Shown here piece by piece: positions 8,307 through 15,054 of a DNA stretch of 37,159 nt. This DNA is from Methanobacteriota archaeon (GTDB taxonomy: Archaea > JACRDV01): assembly GCA_024860865.1 (NCBI GenBank), contig JACRDV010000029.1, positions 1-37,159 on the forward strand. Reading direction: 5' to 3'. Within the stretch, counting starts at the first letter, position 1. Each line of letters starts with the position of its first letter. Below the pieces are notes generated by a model, which was given only the letters and a program-made list of their open reading frames with translations, did not search any database and had not been told where the DNA came from. Position numbers and translations under genes: made by a program.

Positions 8307-8479
8307 AAAAAGAGTTGGCAGTTGCTTTTCTTACTCGAACGATTGGTATCATGTAAACATGAAATTGCCAATTAGATCATTTGTTGGTAAGATTTAGTGA
8401 CCTAATTTGGGTAAGGGGCTTGTGAGTTTAAGATTTTTGAAGTTTGGGAGTTATAAGAACAACTGCCAACTTTTGTTAA
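8307..8479 (-). ncRNA. candidate ~170-nt structured non-coding RNA with termini closed by an 18-bp stem (alternative: MITE-like element)
   Basis: 12-bp perfect inverted repeat AGTTGGCAGTTG (8313-8324) / CAACTGCCAACT (8460-8471), extended by TTCTTA (8328-8333) / TAAGAA (8454-8459). Internal hairpin ATTGG..CATG-TAAA-CATG..CCAAT at 8342-8372. No ORF longer than 3 codons from an ATG. On the minus strand a TATA plus operator cassette lies upstream (8501-8523) and a U5 run (8307-8311) follows the closing stem. Confidence 0.5.
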
Positions 8480-8510
8480 AATAATTTAAGGATGTACCAA
8501 GTATAAAAAG

Positions 8511-8523
8511 TTAACGGCGTTAA
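8511..8523. promoter_or_regulatory. fifth TTAAC-N3-GTTAA palindrome (TTAACGGCGTTAA) with adjacent TATA, same cassette geometry as at 1844-1899
   Basis: The minus strand reads TTAACGCCGTTAA-CTTTTTATAC-21 nt-TTAACAAAAGTTGG. Compare TTAACGGCGTTAA-CTTTATATAC-20 nt-TTAACAGCGTTAA at 1844-1899. The AAATTATTTT(T)AAC block is conserved. Confidence 0.6.
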
Positions 8524-8546
8524 AATTAGTTAAAAACTCTATTAAA

Positions 8547-9968
8547 CTAGCCTAAAAGAGCGGCACGGAAACCTGAAATGCAGTCTTTAGCTGATTGGAA
8601 AAGCAGGTGTTTTATTTTTGTAGGAGTTTTCAGTTTTTCTAACCTGCCAATCCTAAAATAGATCGGTGGATGTGGATCCCATGTTATCCAACTTTGGATC
8701 CTATAAGTTGGTGATCTTTCAAATTGAAGTTTTCGAAATCCAATTTTTCGTAGAGCTTCAGCCAAAACCTGCGGCTGCTCTATTTTAACTGCAGATTCAA
8801 GGTCAGCCCTTGCCTCAAAGAATTTAGCGATGAAGAAAACTATTCCCATGGCAACAAAGAGATATAATAATGGAAAGAATACAACAATTGGCCAAAACAC
8901 ATATAAGCGAAGCAAATATTCAGATGCCGTTAATACAAAGAGATTAAAGGGATCTCTTCCTTTAAGATGGCTAAACTCATGCCCTAAAACGTTAAATATC
9001 TCATATTCTTCCAATTGAACTAGCAATCCTGTAGTAATAAGTATTGTCCCATGACTCGGGCTAGGACCGGAAGCAGCTGCGTTAGGTAGCATTGTATTTG
9101 AAATGACTATTTTGGGCACCGGAAGGTTGAATCTTTCGGCAACCTTTCGCACTAGTTCATAGACATTTATTGTTTTTGTTGAGATGTTCGCTGGTATGCA
9201 TTTGATTCCATATTTAGAAAATACTTCTTCGGCAGTTTGACAGCTGAGTTCTTTACCAACAGCTAGAGTTTTTTCATAGATCTCTTTCTTCATTTCAATA
9301 ACGAGGTCTTTCCCATACTTTTGTTGAAATTCTTTATATTCTTCTACTGGCAAATGATATTGTAATAAGTGAACATTTGGATTTTTAGGTGTTACAGACC
9401 AGTTGCCTAATTTTTTTATGATTTTGTCTGAAAAAAGAACTGTCACAAACTGAAAAGCTACTATAACAATTGGCGCATAAGAACCCAAAAAATAAAACAC
9501 TAAAATACTTGCAGCAATGAAGATTATAAAAAAGAAAAGCATACTATCTGTTAAAATCCTTTCAAGAGCACTTCCACGTTTTGATGGAATTTTTTCAGGT
9601 ATAATTTCTTCGCCTTCGAGCCAGGCAAAGTAAAGAGTAGTTTTTCTAACTTTCTCTTCAAATAGCTGAACAACTATGATTAAGTCTTCTTTCAGTTGAT
9701 CTATGGCTGTTTCAGGCACATTTTCGCTTGGAGACATTTTAACTTGAATTGGTTTTACAGCTTTAATCTCAACATTAATGTACCATTTTTCTTCTGACTC
9801 AAATGCTGTGAAACAGAGGAGATGCTCATTATCTGCAGTTAATTTTTTTATGCTTGCAAAACGTTCTTTGTTAGGGAGCAGATAATACTCATTTATGAAC
9901 TTTAGCAGATCGTCAAGATGTGCTAGCGTGACTTCTGTATCTATTGTAAAACTCTCAGTTTTTCTCAT
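8547..9968 (-). CDS. peptidase M48 (HtpX-like) membrane zinc metalloprotease with extra N-terminal soluble domain
   Basis: LGHEFSHLKGRD (HExxH plus downstream acidic residue, M48 style) and multiple TM helices flanking the catalytic region. Confidence 0.8.
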   Translation of the reverse strand: MRKTESFTIDTEVTLAHLDDLLKFINEYYLLPNKERFASIKKLTADNEHLLCFTAFESEEKWYINVEIKAVKPIQVKMSPSENVPETAIDQLKEDLIIVVQLFEEKVRKTTLYFAWLEGEEIIPEKIPSKRGSALERILTDSMLFFFIIFIAASILVFYFLGSYAPIVIVAFQFVTVLFSDKIIKKLGNWSVTPKNPNVHLLQYHLPVEEYKEFQQKYGKDLVIEMKKEIYEKTLAVGKELSCQTAEEVFSKYGIKCIPANISTKTINVYELVRKVAERFNLPVPKIVISNTMLPNAAASGPSPSHGTILITTGLLVQLEEYEIFNVLGHEFSHLKGRDPFNLFVLTASEYLLRLYVFWPIVVFFPLLYLFVAMGIVFFIAKFFEARADLESAVKIEQPQVLAEALRKIGFRKLQFERSPTYRIQSWITWDPHPPIYFRIGRLEKLKTPTKIKHLLFQSAKDCISGFRAALLG

Positions 9969-10047
9969 AAAATCGCTTTTTATAAAACAAAACTAATAGA
10001 AATCTTATAGAAAAATTCCAAGCAAAAAATATCAATCATTAATTCTG

Positions 10048-10788
10048 TTATTCTCTCATAAGCTTATATCTCATAAAAATATCCTTCAATCGAGGAATAA
10101 GCTCTGAATGACTTCTAACATAAAGAACATGCCTAGGCATGCGAGTCTCCTCTTTCTCAACTCGATGTTCCATCATGAACGGCTCTCCCCAAACGGTCAA
10201 GAATGCTTCTTTGACTTCTTTTTCGGAACTAACATCTATCATTCTAAAAGCTATATTTTCCTCTATATCTCTCCACAATGGAGGTTGAATTTTTTCTTTG
10301 CCTTTGCATTTTTCAATCTTAGGTTGAATGTCTTTCTCCCAAGCATCTTTCATTGAATGCTTCAAAACAAATACAATTTTACTGCTTTTTTGACTTTGAA
10401 TTGAAGGCTTCAATAATCTATCAAATAGATCTTGAGAGCGAAACATATCAGCACATATATTAAACCACCATTCTTCGCCCTGATTCCTTAACGCAAATTC
10501 CTGTGATAGAGTGAGAAGATCGGGTGGTTTTATAAGTTCGATCTCCGATGGTGGACAAGTTAGTTTATTCTCAATTCTCATTATTGTTTCATGCGCTACG
10601 TCATACTTTACGCTATGACTAATTTCATGAATAGCAAGAAGGCTAAGAAGGAGTAGAAGCAAAGATATAAGATATGCTTCAGGTATTATTCCCAAAGCAT
10701 GCAATGCAAGGCCAATTATGCTTGCAACTATAACAGCTATAAGATCTAAATGTTTAGTAATTCTCGTTATTGATAACATATTTATCAT
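10048..10788 (-). CDS. 2-TM membrane protein with uncharacterised C-terminal domain
   Basis: Two N-terminal hydrophobic helices. Same strand as the small ORFs upstream and the M48 gene downstream. No motif recognised. Confidence 0.6.
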   Translation of the reverse strand: MINMLSITRITKHLDLIAVIVASIIGLALHALGIIPEAYLISLLLLLLSLLAIHEISHSVKYDVAHETIMRIENKLTCPPSEIELIKPPDLLTLSQEFALRNQGEEWWFNICADMFRSQDLFDRLLKPSIQSQKSSKIVFVLKHSMKDAWEKDIQPKIEKCKGKEKIQPPLWRDIEENIAFRMIDVSSEKEVKEAFLTVWGEPFMMEHRVEKEETRMPRHVLYVRSHSELIPRLKDIFMRYKLMRE

Positions 10789-10825
10789 CTTCCTATCCTA
10801 AAAATTTGAATTTTACTTTTATTTA

Positions 10826-10918
10826 TTAGATTTTTTTTAACATTATTATATTTTCTTTAGCAAAACTCTGGACTTTTTCTAGCTCTATCAATGCTTGCTC
10901 ATTCCATTTAATTGCCAT
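10826..10918 (-). CDS. 30-codon small ORF (MAIKWNEQALIELEKVQSFAKENIIMLKKI)
   Basis: AGGGGA precedes the ATG. It lies between the 43-aa Zn-ribbon ORF and the 246-aa gene. Below the ORF-track length cut-off. Confidence 0.25.
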   Translation of the reverse strand: MAIKWNEQALIELEKVQSFAKENIIMLKKI

Positions 10919-10926
10919 ATTCCCCT

Positions 10927-11058
10927 TTATCCATGGATAAAGAACGGAAGACATTGAACGCATACAAAATCTTTCTTTCCTTTAAAATAATATTGAATCA
11001 ATTTAACTTCATTATCTGTTCTTTTGCAGTTACTACATCTTGGAATTTCTTCTGCCAT
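10927..11058 (-). CDS. 43-aa CxxC..CxxC zinc-ribbon miniprotein, ClpX zinc-binding-domain-like pattern
   Basis: MAEEIPRCSNCKRTDNEVKLIQYYFKGKKDFVCVQCLPFFIHG. The CS.C...EV+.LI......vC..C spacing is reminiscent of the ClpX N-terminal ZBD. Antisense to the implausible track ORF 10912-11124. Confidence 0.4.
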   Translation of the reverse strand: MAEEIPRCSNCKRTDNEVKLIQYYFKGKKDFVCVQCLPFFIHG

Positions 11059-11069
11059 TTTTTCACTTC

Positions 11070-11228
11070 TTATCTAGGTATCTTAAATAAAGAGAAGATA
11101 CATAACAAAATTAAGTTGATATAGTGAAATGGTCTCCAGCGATCGCAAATACCGTACTTTAAAAATATGCTTTTGGTTTTTGGGTGCTTCTGGATTATTT
11201 CTTTAATTGCCATATCGCGAGCAATCAT
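11070..11228 (-). pseudogene. decayed DUF1858-like paralogue (52 codons; N-terminal half conserved, C-terminal half frame-disrupted)
   Basis: MIARDMAIKEIIQKHPKTKSIFLKYGICD matches the intact copy at 12836 (MKITKDMTVGEVIRKFPKTREILLKHGLCD). After ICD the expected ..LSLE.. continues in another frame (RSLETISLYQLN). Confidence 0.45.
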
Positions 11229-11235
11229 AAAATTT

Positions 11236-11478
11236 TCACTTCTTTAGTTTTTCTTCAATAATTTTTTTGTATTTCTCTTCGCCAATACACTTTTTTGCAT
11301 ATGAACACCATTCTATGCAAGAAGGAACCGATTCTCTAAACACTATTGTTCCGCATTTGTCACATTTGGCTTTCATTTCATCTGCGAATATTTCTACTTC
11401 TTCACCACAATTGGTACATTTCACAATTACAATAGTTGGTCTTCTTATTGCTGCGCTTCCAGGGCATTTAACTTCCAT
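11236..11478 (-). CDS. 80-aa cysteine-rich zinc-ribbon protein
   Basis: CPGS..KCTNCGEEVEIFADE..KCDKCG..SCIEWCSYAKKCIG. This pattern is recalled from conserved small proteins of anaerobes, often found near redox-stress genes. Confidence 0.7.
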   Translation of the reverse strand: MEVKCPGSAAIRRPTIVIVKCTNCGEEVEIFADEMKAKCDKCGTIVFRESVPSCIEWCSYAKKCIGEEKYKKIIEEKLKK

Positions 11479-11589
11479 GATATTCCTCTAAAGCGAATAA
11501 ATACAAAAACTTTTTCTAAATTTTTATGCTATGATTTAATAATATGTTTTAATCTTTTAAGATTATAATAAACTGTTGAGGTAGTAATA

Positions 11590-12222
11590 ATGATGGAAGC
11601 TATTCTATCTCTTAAAATCCCGAAAATTTGGATGACTGAAATTTCACAAAAGTATCCAGCAATAGTTAAAATCTTAGAGCGCAAGCCATTTGGGAAGTAT
11701 GGAGTTCAAGATTTAGTCGAAATTAGTGCAACTGACGAGTATCTTGGTAAAATAATAGAGGATATTCGAAGTAATCCATTAGTTTATAAAGTCGATATTA
11801 GCACAACTGATAAAAGTAAAGCACTAGGGGTAGTTTCAACCGTTAAATGTGTGGCGTGCAGGGCTTTAGTGGGTTCAAATTGTTTTCTTATTTCGTCTAC
11901 TTCCAAAAAAGATGGAAAAGTTGAATGGAAATTAATTTTTAGTGAAAAGGATTCGTTACGACGGTTAATTATAAAGTTAGAGAAATCTCATTGTGAAGTC
12001 AAGCTAACTAAACTTTCAAGTATTGATGACAAAGAAGCATTAACATCAAGGCAAGGAGAGATCATTCAAATAGCATTTCAAAAGGGATATTTTGACTATC
12101 CTAAGAAAATAACCATAAGAGATTTAGCAAAAATATTTAATATTTCAATATCAACGCTTTCTGAGATTCTAAGAAGAGGACAACGAAAAATTTTGATAGA
12201 ATATTTTAGGGAGCATAAATAA
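11590..12222 (+). CDS. HTH_10 (bacterio-opsin-activator-type) transcriptional regulator
   Basis: C-terminal LTSRQGEIIQIAFQKGYFDYPKKITIRDLAKIFNISISTLSEILRRGQRKIL is the classic HTH_10 signature. Confidence 0.85.
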   Translation: MMEAILSLKIPKIWMTEISQKYPAIVKILERKPFGKYGVQDLVEISATDEYLGKIIEDIRSNPLVYKVDISTTDKSKALGVVSTVKCVACRALVGSNCFLISSTSKKDGKVEWKLIFSEKDSLRRLIIKLEKSHCEVKLTKLSSIDDKEALTSRQGEIIQIAFQKGYFDYPKKITIRDLAKIFNISISTLSEILRRGQRKILIEYFREHK

Positions 12223-12229
12223 TACAAAA

Positions 12230-12243
12230 CCGAACATGTTCGG
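12230..12243. promoter_or_regulatory. perfect 14-bp palindrome CCGAACATGTTCGG between the regulator gene and the DUF59 operon
   Basis: Self-complementary 7+7 bp, 8 nt after the stop of the HTH_10 gene and about 55 nt upstream of the ATG at 12299. Operator or short hairpin. Confidence 0.4.
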
Positions 12244-12298
12244 GACAAGAACTATTTTAAGGAGATATAATATTAATTGAGCTGAGAGAGGTGAAAAA

Positions 12299-12580
12299 AT
12301 GGTCACAGAAAATCAAGTAATTGAAAAATTAAAAGAGGTAATGGATCCTCACACGAATACTAGCGTCTATGATATGAATTTAATTTCAGGGTTAAAAATA
12401 AACAATGGTGATGTAAGTTTGACTTTCACACCTTCAAGTCCGTTTTGCCCGTTAGGGATTCAACTTGCAGTGGCAATTAAGCGAAAGTTAATGGAACTTA
12501 AAGAAGTTAAAAAAGTAGACGTGAATGTTGTAGGGCACGTTCAAAAAGACCAATTAAATGAACTTTTGAAGAAAATTTAA
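12299..12580 (+). CDS. DUF59 (MIP18/SufT-like Fe-S assembly) domain protein
   Basis: VMDPHTNTSVYDMNLISGLKI..VSLTFTPSSPFCP fits the DUF59 pattern (V.DPe...i..lGlv..i...v.v...lT...CP). Confidence 0.8.
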   Translation: MVTENQVIEKLKEVMDPHTNTSVYDMNLISGLKINNGDVSLTFTPSSPFCPLGIQLAVAIKRKLMELKEVKKVDVNVVGHVQKDQLNELLKKI

Positions 12581-12587
12581 TGCAAAG

Positions 12588-12839
12588 GTGGAAATTTTGA
12601 GCAGTGAGATTTTGACTCTGGATGTTCGAGGACTACCGCACCCAGAGAGGCCACCTTTAATTATGAGCAAGCTCTTGCAACTCAAAGAAGGTGAAACACT
12701 TACTTTAATTGTTGAAATTGAACCTCTTCCAATGTATACGTTACTAAAACAACATGGATACGAATGTAAAGGAGAACAATTACCAAATGGTTCGTGGAGA
12801 GTTTTAATAAAAAAGTCAAAGCTAGGGGAGAAAAAATGA
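12588..12839 (+). CDS. DUF2249 (TusA/SirA-like fold) protein
   Basis: LDVRGLPHPERPPLIMSKLLQLKEGETLTLIVEIEPLPMYTLLKQHGYE fits the DUF2249 pattern. GTG start. The stop overlaps the next ATG (ATGA). Confidence 0.75.
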   Translation: MEILSSEILTLDVRGLPHPERPPLIMSKLLQLKEGETLTLIVEIEPLPMYTLLKQHGYECKGEQLPNGSWRVLIKKSKLGEKK

Positions 12840-13021
12840 AAATAACTAAAGATATGACTGTTGGAGAAGTAATAAGAAAATTCCCAAAAACTAGAGAGAT
12901 TCTTTTAAAACATGGCTTGTGCGATTGTTGTGGAGGTCATCTCAGCCTCGAAGGTGGAGCGAAAATTCACAAAGCCAATGTTAGTGCATTAGTGAAAGAG
13001 CTCAATTCTTTTATCGAGTAA
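12836..13021 (+). CDS. DUF1858 (hybrid-cluster-protein-associated redox disulfide / ScdA_N-like) protein
   Basis: MKITKDMTVGEVIRKFPKTREILLKHGLCDCCGG. GGGGAG RBS lies before the ATG at 12836; the ORF-track start at 12794 is an upstream in-frame extension. Confidence 0.8.
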   Translation: MKITKDMTVGEVIRKFPKTREILLKHGLCDCCGGHLSLEGGAKIHKANVSALVKELNSFIE

Positions 13022-13035
13022 TTTTTTAACAATGG

Positions 13036-14292
13036 ATGTTTTTAAAAATGATCCAGAACTTATCTGTGAGATTTTTTGCTACATCTATTGTATATTTCTT
13101 AATTACTGTTACGTTTGGAATACTGATTGCACTAGGAAAAATAGGCTTTTTTGACAATCCAATTGCTGCGCATTCCCATATTGCTCTCATCGGTTGGATC
13201 ACAATTACAATAATGGGAGCTGAGTATCAAATAGTTCCAACGTTATTAGGTAAGGAACTTTACAACAGAAGGTTAGCCGAAATTCAGTTTTGGCTTATAA
13301 ATATTGGGACAATAGGCATGTTTTTGGGATTTTTATCGGGAAATGGTTTATTAATATTTATATTCGGTGTAGTGGTGGCAATAGCCGCATATCTTTTTGC
13401 TTTCATTATTTTTAAAATGTTAGAAAAGAAAAAAATGATTTTAACGATGAAATTTTTTGTTGTAGCTATTCTATATGTGCTTGTAACGGTTACACTTGGA
13501 TTGCTCATAGCTACAAATGCCAAATATCTAATTTACTATGCTTTTCCTGAAGTTAAGATTCTTGCAACACAAACTCATCTTGCATTAGTTGGTTGGGTTT
13601 CTATGACTATTATGGGCGCAATGTATCAAATGTTGCCCATGCTTTCATTAAAAAAACTTTATAGCGAGAAGTTGGGAGAAGCTCAGTTCTGGGTTGCAAA
13701 TGTTGGAATCATTGGAATGACTTTAGGTTTTTTAACTGGAGAGATACGGCTGGTAGCTATATTTGGCACAATTACTGCAATAGCTTCTTACTTGTTCGCC
13801 TATAATATGTTTCAAACACTAAGAACTAAATCTGAAACAAAAATGAAAGTGGATATTTCTGTTAAATTTTTTGTTAATGCTGTCATTTACTTTTTAATAG
13901 TAGTTACTTTCGGAGTACTGATAGCTACTGATGCGACAAATTCGATTTTTAAATTAATACCAGGAGCTAAAATTATTGCTTCTCACGCCCATCTTGGGTT
14001 GATAGGTTGGGTTTCAATAACTATAGTCGGAGGCATGTATCATCTAGTGCCGATGCTTGTATGGATGGAGCGATACGGTCCAAAGTTAGGAATAGAAAAA
14101 GTACCTACAATTAAGGAGCTCTTCAGCGAAAAGTTAGCAAATGTTCAGCTCTTACTTTTTAACGTTGGATTAGTTGGAATGTTTTTAGGTTTTATGATGG
14201 CAGAGATGAGACTAGCAGCGATATCTGGAGCTATCATTGCCATAGCCTCATACATATTTGCTTACGATATGTTAAAAACGATTAAAGGATAA
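13036..14292 (+). CDS. 12-TM membrane protein built from three tandem 4-TM repeats, each with a haem-copper-oxidase subunit I helix-X-like motif
   Basis: Repeats begin at aa 10, 137 and 275 (SVRFF../TMKFF../SVKFF..). Motifs: HSHIALIGWITITIMGAEYQIVP, QTHLALVGWVSMTIMGAMYQMLP, HAHLGLIGWVSITIVGGMYHLVP. Compare bovine COX1 [23 protein letters not shown], which has identical HxH, IMG and P spacing. Confidence 0.85.
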   Translation: MFLKMIQNLSVRFFATSIVYFLITVTFGILIALGKIGFFDNPIAAHSHIALIGWITITIMGAEYQIVPTLLGKELYNRRLAEIQFWLINIGTIGMFLGFLSGNGLLIFIFGVVVAIAAYLFAFIIFKMLEKKKMILTMKFFVVAILYVLVTVTLGLLIATNAKYLIYYAFPEVKILATQTHLALVGWVSMTIMGAMYQMLPMLSLKKLYSEKLGEAQFWVANVGIIGMTLGFLTGEIRLVAIFGTITAIASYLFAYNMFQTLRTKSETKMKVDISVKFFVNAVIYFLIVVTFGVLIATDATNSIFKLIPGAKIIASHAHLGLIGWVSITIVGGMYHLVPMLVWMERYGPKLGIEKVPTIKELFSEKLANVQLLLFNVGLVGMFLGFMMAEMRLAAISGAIIAIASYIFAYDMLKTIKG

Positions 14293-14354
14293 TCCGAATC
14301 CTAGTCTTAGAGCGGATATGGGTAAACTATGTTTGGCTATTATTAAAAACCAAA

Positions 14355-14972
14355 TTAAATAGAGAAACTCAATTTGATCCATTCCCTGAAAAATAAATCC
14401 AATATCCTATTATCTTCAATTAAACCCGCGCCCTCTAATGCCGTTATTGCTTTCCTCACGTGACCTGGGGATTTTAACCTATATTTTTCTATGAAATCCT
14501 TGGAGTAAATTGATGCACCCTTTTCATTAGCAATGCCAATGAGTAGTTTTCTCTGTTCACTGCTCTTGATTCTGTCCCAAATTGTTTGAAAGCCCGCGCT
14601 GAGATTAGGTAAAATCTTTTCTTGTAAAGCTTTCTGTGCTGTCTCTATATTGGCACTCTCTTTTGTTATATACCAAGTTTCATGACATAAGTGTTGTACG
14701 TAAGAGGGAACCCCTTCACTGAATGCCACTACCCAATTTGCTGCTTCCTCGCTAATTTTCTTTCCACTGGCTTTAAATCTATTAATGACAAATTCTTCTA
14801 GTACTTTTGTATCAATAGATTTGAGTTGTATAGGCTTAGCAAATCTATAAAAAGGTCTTTCCTTTTCTCCAAAAATTAGAGAAATTAAACTTCTTTTACT
14901 TCCAGCAAAGAGATAGCTAACATGATGGTGATGCTGTAGAATAGAACGAAAAAGCTTCGCCCCAGGCCAATT
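14355..14972 (-). pseudogene. 5'-truncated archaeal AAA-type ATPase (Arch_ATPase plus DUF234-like C-terminus); P-loop half missing
   Basis: Frame open from the stop at 14973-14975 with no ATG. It reads ..LFRSILQHHHHVSYLFAGSKRS..PFYRFAKPIQLKSID..AFSEGVPSYVQHLCHETW.., which matches only the region after Walker B. The track ORF begins at an internal GTG. Confidence 0.55.
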
Positions 14973-15012
14973 TTAAGCCTAACTGTGAGCATAATTCTTA
15001 TATAATACATGC

Positions 15013-15029
15013 TAACATGTCACATGTTA
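15013..15029. promoter_or_regulatory. inverted repeat TAACATG-N3-CATGTTA over the predicted TSS of the aro operon
   Basis: TATA-like CTTATATAATAC at ~14997-15008. 7-bp perfect arms at 15013-15019 and 15023-15029. The ATG of the first aro gene is at 15055. Confidence 0.45.
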
Positions 15030-15054
15030 ACAAGAATTAGAGGTAAGTAATTTT

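Noticed and set aside
10912-11124. 70-aa plus-strand track ORF
   Set aside because: No motif, low-complexity sequence. The opposite strand carries two short ORFs with CxxC motifs / RBS and the 3' end of a DUF1858-like ORF, which explain the region better.
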